A stretch of 47,455 bases of DNA from Tannerella sp. (GTDB lineage Bacteria; Bacteroidota; Bacteroidia; Bacteroidales; Tannerellaceae), in assembly GCA_031267935.1 (NCBI GenBank), contig JAIRYD010000180.1:1-47455 (forward strand). Reading direction: 5' to 3'. Made by a program: the position numbers and the translations under genes. The notes under the pieces were generated by a model that was not told where the DNA came from, did not search any database, and saw only the letters and a list, made by a program, of their open reading frames with translations. Positions 42,917-47,455 of the stretch are shown piece after piece. Each line of letters begins with the position of its first letter. Positions within the stretch are counted from its first letter, which is position 1.

Positions 42917-43306
42917 ATGGCAAAAAAAACAGTCGCAGCAAAAAAACGAAAAGTGAAGATCGATGCGTATGGGCAGGCTCATATCCATTCATCGTTCAAT
43001 AACATCATCATTACGCTGGCCAATAGCGACGGGCAGGTTATCAGCTGGTCGTCGGCAGGCAAAATGGGTTTTCGCAGTTCGAAGAAAAATACGCCATACG
43101 CCGCCCAGATGGCCGCTCAGGATTGCGCCAAAGTGGCATACGACCTGGGTCTGCGCAAAGTGAAAGCGTATATCAAAGGCCCCGGAAACGGACGCGAATC
43201 GGCAATCCGGACGATCCACAGCGCCGGTATTGAAGTAACTGAAATCATAGATGTGACGCCGCTGCCGCACAACGGGTGTCGTCCGCCTAAAAGAAGGAGA
43301 GTATAA
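42917..43306 (+). CDS. rpsK: 30S ribosomal protein S11
   Basis: [25 protein letters not shown]. Confidence 0.99.
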   Translation: MAKKTVAAKKRKVKIDAYGQAHIHSSFNNIIITLANSDGQVISWSSAGKMGFRSSKKNTPYAAQMAAQDCAKVAYDLGLRKVKAYIKGPGNGRESAIRTIHSAGIEVTEIIDVTPLPHNGCRPPKRRRV

Positions 43307-43331
43307 TAAATTAATTGCAAGCATCCTACGG

Positions 43332-43387
43332 ATACATGAACAGATTGCATCGTCACCCTCTCGCAATCGCGGCTGCATGATTCGTAT
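43332..43387 (+). promoter_or_regulatory. Candidate structured S4 (rpsD) leader
   Basis: GATTGC/GCAATC stem plus outer ATAC..GAA/TTCGTAT pairing in the 112-nt rpsK-rpsD spacer. Position fits reported Bacteroidia S4 leader candidates; not verified by search. Confidence 0.45.
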
Positions 43388-43418
43388 GGAAGCGCGAAAC
43401 GTATTAAATTAAACAAAA

Positions 43419-44024
43419 ATGGCAAGATATACAGGCCCAAAATCAAAAATTGCCCGCAAATTTGGCGAAGCGATATTCGGCGCGGATAAAGTGTTGTCGA
43501 AGAAAAACTATCCTCCGGGACAACATGGCAACAGCCGGAAAAGAAAAACGTCCGAATACGGCATTCAGCTGAAGGAGAAGCAAAAAGCAAAATACACGTA
43601 CGGTGTATTGGAAAAACAGTTCAGGAACATGTTCGACAAGGCATCCCGCTCGAAAGGTATCACCGGAGAAGTGCTGCTTCAACTGCTGGAAAGCCGTTTG
43701 GACAATGTCGTCTTCCGTCTGGGGATCGCCCCGACGCGCGACGGCGCGCGCCAGCTGGTGTCGCATTGCCACATTGTCGTCGACGGCAAAGTAGTGAACA
43801 TCCCGTCCTATTCCGTCAAACCGGGACAAATCGTAGGTGTCAGGGAACGCTCGAAATCGCTCGAAGTGATTGCCAATGCCCTCTCGGGCTTCAACCACGG
43901 CAAATACGGCTGGGTAGAGTGGGATCAGAATGCGATGAGTGGCAAGCTTCTTCATCTTCCGGAACGTGCAGATATACCGGAAAATATTAAGGAACAATTA
44001 ATTGTAGAATTATATTCTAAATAA
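43419..44024 (+). CDS. rpsD: 30S ribosomal protein S4
   Basis: [32 protein letters not shown]. Confidence 0.99.
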   Translation: MARYTGPKSKIARKFGEAIFGADKVLSKKNYPPGQHGNSRKRKTSEYGIQLKEKQKAKYTYGVLEKQFRNMFDKASRSKGITGEVLLQLLESRLDNVVFRLGIAPTRDGARQLVSHCHIVVDGKVVNIPSYSVKPGQIVGVRERSKSLEVIANALSGFNHGKYGWVEWDQNAMSGKLLHLPERADIPENIKEQLIVELYSK

Positions 44025-44031
44025 TGACCTC

Positions 44032-45027
44032 ATGGCTATATTAGCATTTCAAAAACCCGATAAAGTATTAATGTTGGAAGCGGATAATTTCTTCGGAAAA
44101 TTTGAATTTCGTCCGCTGGAACCGGGCTATGGCATTACGATCGGTAACGCCTTGCGCCGAATCCTCCTCTCGTCGCTGGAAGGTTATGCCTTCTCGTCGG
44201 TGAAAATAGAAGGAGTGAACCACGAATTTGCATCTATTCCGGGTGTACTTGAGGATGTTACGAATATAATACTGAATTTGAAACAAGTACGCTTCAAACG
44301 TACATCCGACGAAGAAGAATCGGAAAAACTTACGTTTACCGTGGCGGATACGGAGATATTCAAGGCGGGCGACATGCAGAAAAAACTCGTCGGGTTCGAG
44401 ATACTGAATCCCGACTTGGTGATCTGTCATTTAGACGCGAAAGTGTCGTTCCAGATGGACCTTGTCATTACGAAAGGACGCGGGTACGTGCCGGCCGAAG
44501 AAAATGCCGATCCGACCAATCCGGATGTCAACGTGATTGCCGTCGATTCGATTTTCACGCCCATACGCAATGTGAAATATCAGGTCGAAAACTTCCGCGT
44601 GGAACAGAAGACCGACTACGAACGGCTGATTCTCGAAATCACCACCGACGGCTCGATTCATCCCAAAGATGCCCTCAAGGAATCTGCCAAGATTCTGATA
44701 TATCACTTCATGCTCTTCTCCGACGAAAAAATCGCCGTCGAATCCGTCGACGTCGATATCAATGAAGAGTTCGACGAAGATGTGTTGCACATGCGTCAGT
44801 TGCTCAAAAGCAAACTTTCGGAGATGTGCCTTTCCGTCCGTGCATTGAACTGCCTCAAGGCTGCCGATGTCGATACGGTCGGCGATCTGGTGAGATTTAA
44901 CAAGAATGACCTGTTGAAATTTCGCAACTTCGGAAAGAAATCGCTCACCGAACTGGACGAACTGCTCGACAAGCTCAGCTTGTCATTTGGTATGGATATT
45001 TCGAAATATAAATTAGATAAAGATTAG
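44032..45027 (+). CDS. rpoA: RNA polymerase alpha subunit
   Basis: [37 protein letters not shown]. Confidence 0.99.
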   Translation: MAILAFQKPDKVLMLEADNFFGKFEFRPLEPGYGITIGNALRRILLSSLEGYAFSSVKIEGVNHEFASIPGVLEDVTNIILNLKQVRFKRTSDEEESEKLTFTVADTEIFKAGDMQKKLVGFEILNPDLVICHLDAKVSFQMDLVITKGRGYVPAEENADPTNPDVNVIAVDSIFTPIRNVKYQVENFRVEQKTDYERLILEITTDGSIHPKDALKESAKILIYHFMLFSDEKIAVESVDVDINEEFDEDVLHMRQLLKSKLSEMCLSVRALNCLKAADVDTVGDLVRFNKNDLLKFRNFGKKSLTELDELLDKLSLSFGMDISKYKLDKD

Positions 45028-45033
45028 ACTACG

Positions 45034-45642
45034 ATGAGACACAATAAGAAAATCAATCATTTGGGCCGTACGCATTCTCACCGTCTGGCCATGCTTTCGA
45101 ACATGGCGGCTTCGCTGATTTTGCACAAACGGATTTTTACGACCACGGCAAAGGCCAAAGCCCTGCGCAAATACGTGGAACCGCTGATTACGAAATCGAA
45201 AGACAGCGCTTCGAAGTCGCCCGAGGATGTGGTACATTCGCGCCGCATCGTTTTTGCTTCGCTGCAAAACAAATATGCTGTAAAGGAACTGTTTCAGACC
45301 GTTTCGGAAAAAATAGGCGACCGTCCGGGCGGATACACGCGCATCATCAAGACCGGAAACCGGCTGGGCGACAACGCCGCGATGTGTTTTATCGAATTGG
45401 TGGACTTCAACGAGCACATGCTGAAAGAAACGAAAAAAACGGCGAAGACGAGACGCTCCTCGCGCCGCGGAAGCAAAAAGGCGGCTGAAACGACCGCCGC
45501 GCCCGCAGAAGAAACGATCCCGACGCCCGCCGCAGAAACGGAAGTCGAGGTCGCCGCACCCGAGGCAACGGAAGAAACGCTTGTGGCAGAGACGGAAGCA
45601 GTCGCGGACGAAACCGCAGAAGAAGAAAAGGACGCCGAATAG
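45034..45642 (+). CDS. rplQ: 50S ribosomal protein L17 with acidic C-terminal extension
   Basis: MRH...[18 protein letters not shown], and an A/E/T-rich tail. Confidence 0.98.
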   Translation: MRHNKKINHLGRTHSHRLAMLSNMAASLILHKRIFTTTAKAKALRKYVEPLITKSKDSASKSPEDVVHSRRIVFASLQNKYAVKELFQTVSEKIGDRPGGYTRIIKTGNRLGDNAAMCFIELVDFNEHMLKETKKTAKTRRSSRRGSKKAAETTAAPAEETIPTPAAETEVEVAAPEATEETLVAETEAVADETAEEEKDAE

Positions 45643-45665
45643 CGCGCAGTTCTCTTCTTGCCCGG

Positions 45666-45709
45666 CAAAACGAACGGCAACCTGCAAAAGCGGGTTGCCG
45701 TTCGTTTTG
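45666..45709 (+). terminator. Terminator of the ribosomal superoperon
   Basis: 17-bp perfect stem CAAAACGAACGGCAACC/GGTTGCCGTTCGTTTTG, 3 more pairs, and an AAAA loop. Confidence 0.85.
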
Positions 45710-45820
45710 TGATATGTTCAATAATCTGATGCAAGGCGTGAATCGATCCGTACCGGCGGATGAATGAAATGCTGATTCGGCATCCCGCTTATCCGTGCAG
45801 GCCGTTTTTCGAAGGCACGC

Positions 45821-45854
45821 AAAGGCACGCGGATCAGTCAATCCGCGTGCCTTT
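45821..45854. terminator. Hairpin terminator next to the stop of the convergent minus-strand gene
   Basis: AAAGGCACGCGGAT-CAGTCA-ATCCGCGTGCCTTT, a 14-bp stem. Confidence 0.75.
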
Positions 45855-45864
45855 TAAATCTGCA

Positions 45865-46944
45865 TCATCGGCGTGCCAAAGCGTCTTTTTTGGCCTTTCG
45901 CAGCCGGAGGTACAGATATGAACCGAAAATCAGGAGGAGTGAGGCGACATGGGTGTACTGCCGTGCCCGGGGAGTGACTTTGATGTCGGAAAAACCGGGA
46001 CTTTGCACGTGTCCGCCTCTTGCCGGTCTTGCCGTTTGGGACTGGCTGTCGGCCTGTCTTTCAGGCTGGATGCCGCGCCTGTCGGCCTGTCGTGCGGCTT
46101 CCGGCCGACCGCCGCGCCTGTCGGCCTGCGCCGGCTGTACGGCGGCATTTTCGTGGTTGCGTCCACCGTTTTCCGCATATCCCTGCAATTCTGTGTTTTC
46201 ATTGTTGGGGGCTGCGGTTTCGACCTGCGGTCCCGGCATGTTTCGGGCCATCGGATTGAGTAAGGATCCCGCCTGTATTCCCATTGCATGGATGAACAGC
46301 ATGGCGTACAAGACGTAAGCCCATTTCTGCAATTTCTTCCATTCAGCGTGTTTCATGCGTTTGCGGATCGAGTCGAAAGACGTAATCCACAGCGGAATGA
46401 ATAGCGCCAGCATCAGTATTCCAAGTACGAAACTGAAACTCGTGATTCCGGCGCCCAGTTCGCTGACCACTCTCGTGTCGGCCATATATCCGTCGTTGTC
46501 GGTGAAAAACCTGAGCGAATTTGGAAAGTTGTTGAATGTCCGGATCAGGGAATGTGTCAGGACGGGGAAGCCGGATATGACGGACAGTTCCTTGCGTATG
46601 CCGAGAAGTTTTTTCGCACAGGGCTTTGCGGGGTTCAGGGCGCCGGCGTACATGATGATGATCAGCAGCGGGAAACCCAGCGTGCCCATGTGTATGTAGT
46701 CCCTCGTGATGCCTCCCGGAAGCGGTATCCGGCCGAAGTTGAACATCTCGACGCCAAACATCCGGACGATAAAGGGCGCGACGACCAGGATGCAGGGCGT
46801 CGCCAGCAGGATGTAATATGCGACGGCATGTTTTTTTATTGATTTTGACAGCAGAATGGCCAGCAGTGTGAAAATACCGAGAGACAGCGCCAGTGGTGCG
46901 ACGGTGTATAAGAATTGGATGAAATCAATCAGCAGTTTGATCAT
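45865..46944 (-). CDS. Ferric reductase-like (MsrQ-related) transmembrane protein with a low-complexity insertion
   Basis: Multiple TM helices, LLGIRKELSV, LTHS, LWITSF..IRKRM..EWKKLQKWAY..LFIH. Start at ATG 46944, downstream of a promoter. Confidence 0.72.
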   Translation of the reverse strand: MIKLLIDFIQFLYTVAPLALSLGIFTLLAILLSKSIKKHAVAYYILLATPCILVVAPFIVRMFGVEMFNFGRIPLPGGITRDYIHMGTLGFPLLIIIMYAGALNPAKPCAKKLLGIRKELSVISGFPVLTHSLIRTFNNFPNSLRFFTDNDGYMADTRVVSELGAGITSFSFVLGILMLALFIPLWITSFDSIRKRMKHAEWKKLQKWAYVLYAMLFIHAMGIQAGSLLNPMARNMPGPQVETAAPNNENTELQGYAENGGRNHENAAVQPAQADRRGGRPEAARQADRRGIQPERQADSQSQTARPARGGHVQSPGFSDIKVTPRARQYTHVASLLLIFGSYLYLRLRKAKKDALARR

Positions 46945-46989
46945 TGTGTTTGCGTGTTTGTTTGTAATTGTTTTTGTTTTTTTCGGGGG

Positions 46990-47021
46990 CAAAGGTACGG
47001 GCGGATGAAAATACACGCAAT
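46990..47021 (-). promoter_or_regulatory. Promoter for the ferric-reductase-like gene
   Basis: On the minus strand: ATTG, 20 nt spacer, TACCTTTG. Confidence 0.6.
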
Positions 47022-47141
47022 CCCCATTTGCAGGTATATTGATTGCGTGTTTTCACCATAATCGGGTACGGCCGTCCTGTGTATGACGGAATTGAGGGCG
47101 GGATGGAAGCTGTCCGGCGGACCGTCCGGGCTGAATCGCGC

Positions 47142-47288
47142 TTTTTTCGCGGTGTAGCCCGCGGCTCTCGCGGTGTAGCCCGCGGCTCTCGCGGTGTAGC
47201 CCGCGACTTCCGGAGTGTAGCCCGCGGCTTCCGGAGTGTAGCCCGCGGCTCTCGGAGTGTAGCCCGAAACCTCCGGAGTGTAGCCCGA
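47142..47288 (-). repeat. 21-bp tandem repeat, 7 units
   Basis: Minus-strand units are (T/G)CGGGCTACAC(TCCG/CGCG) followed by GAGGTT, AGAGCC, GAAGCC, GAAGTC, AGAGCC, AGAGCC, AAAAAA. Confidence 0.92.
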
Positions 47289-47316
47289 ATATGTCTGATA
47301 GTCAGTCGAAATGTTC

Positions 47317-47358
47317 ATCGTTCATCGTTCATAGTTCATCGTTCAAAGTTCATCGTTC
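47317..47358 (-). repeat. 7-bp tandem repeat, 6 units
   Basis: On the minus strand: GAACGAT GAACTTT GAACGAT GAACTAT GAACGAT GAACGAT. Confidence 0.9.
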
Positions 47359-47455
47359 CGGGTGGAAGCGTTCCGGCGCGCGATGATTATTGTTTTACAG
47401 AGTGATGCGCAGTTTTTTTTTACGGTAGAATATTTTTTCATTTTTTTCGTGCAGA

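Larger units (their letters stand above)
47106..47450 (-). repeat. Dispersed modular repeat element, copy R (may extend past the window end)
   Basis: Reverse-complement homolog of 902-1205. Confidence 0.93.

Noticed and set aside
45460-45642. Acidic low-complexity tail on L17
   Set aside because: Such extensions are common in Bacteroidetes L17.
47142-47288. 21-bp arrays as a CRISPR array
   Set aside because: Units are contiguous, with only ~6-nt recurring variable segments. There are no unique spacers and no cas genes.

Overview
Core-genome segment of a Bacteroidales bacterium. The assignment rests on TAnnTTTG promoters, a homodimeric-type GlyRS, rprXY, and a str-S10-spc-alpha cluster with no tuf; a Tannerella/Parabacteroides-like host is inference only. 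In order it holds: a 5'-truncated Rpn-family PD-(D/E)XK nuclease, a ComEA-like HhH gene, groESL, glyQS, an FKBP lipoprotein, a CPA2 antiporter, a PaaI thioesterase broken by an in-frame TAA, a divergent LytS/LytTR pair, tRNA-Val(GAC), cysS-paaI-ltaE-recO, cca, rprXY, purL, a GH109/lactonase/aldo-keto reductase cluster, the ribosomal superoperon rpsL to rplQ, and a ferric-reductase-like membrane gene. The most unusual feature is a modular ~300-345 bp element present twice in inverted orientation, at ~902-1205 (+) and ~47106-47450 (-). Each copy has an A-tract/promoter block, six 7-bp repeats, an 11-bp palindrome, 5 or 7 hairpin-forming 21-bp units and a second 11-bp palindrome. I do not recognise it as CRISPR, IS/MITE or any known RNA family. 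No database searches or folding programs were run; all alignments were done by eye.
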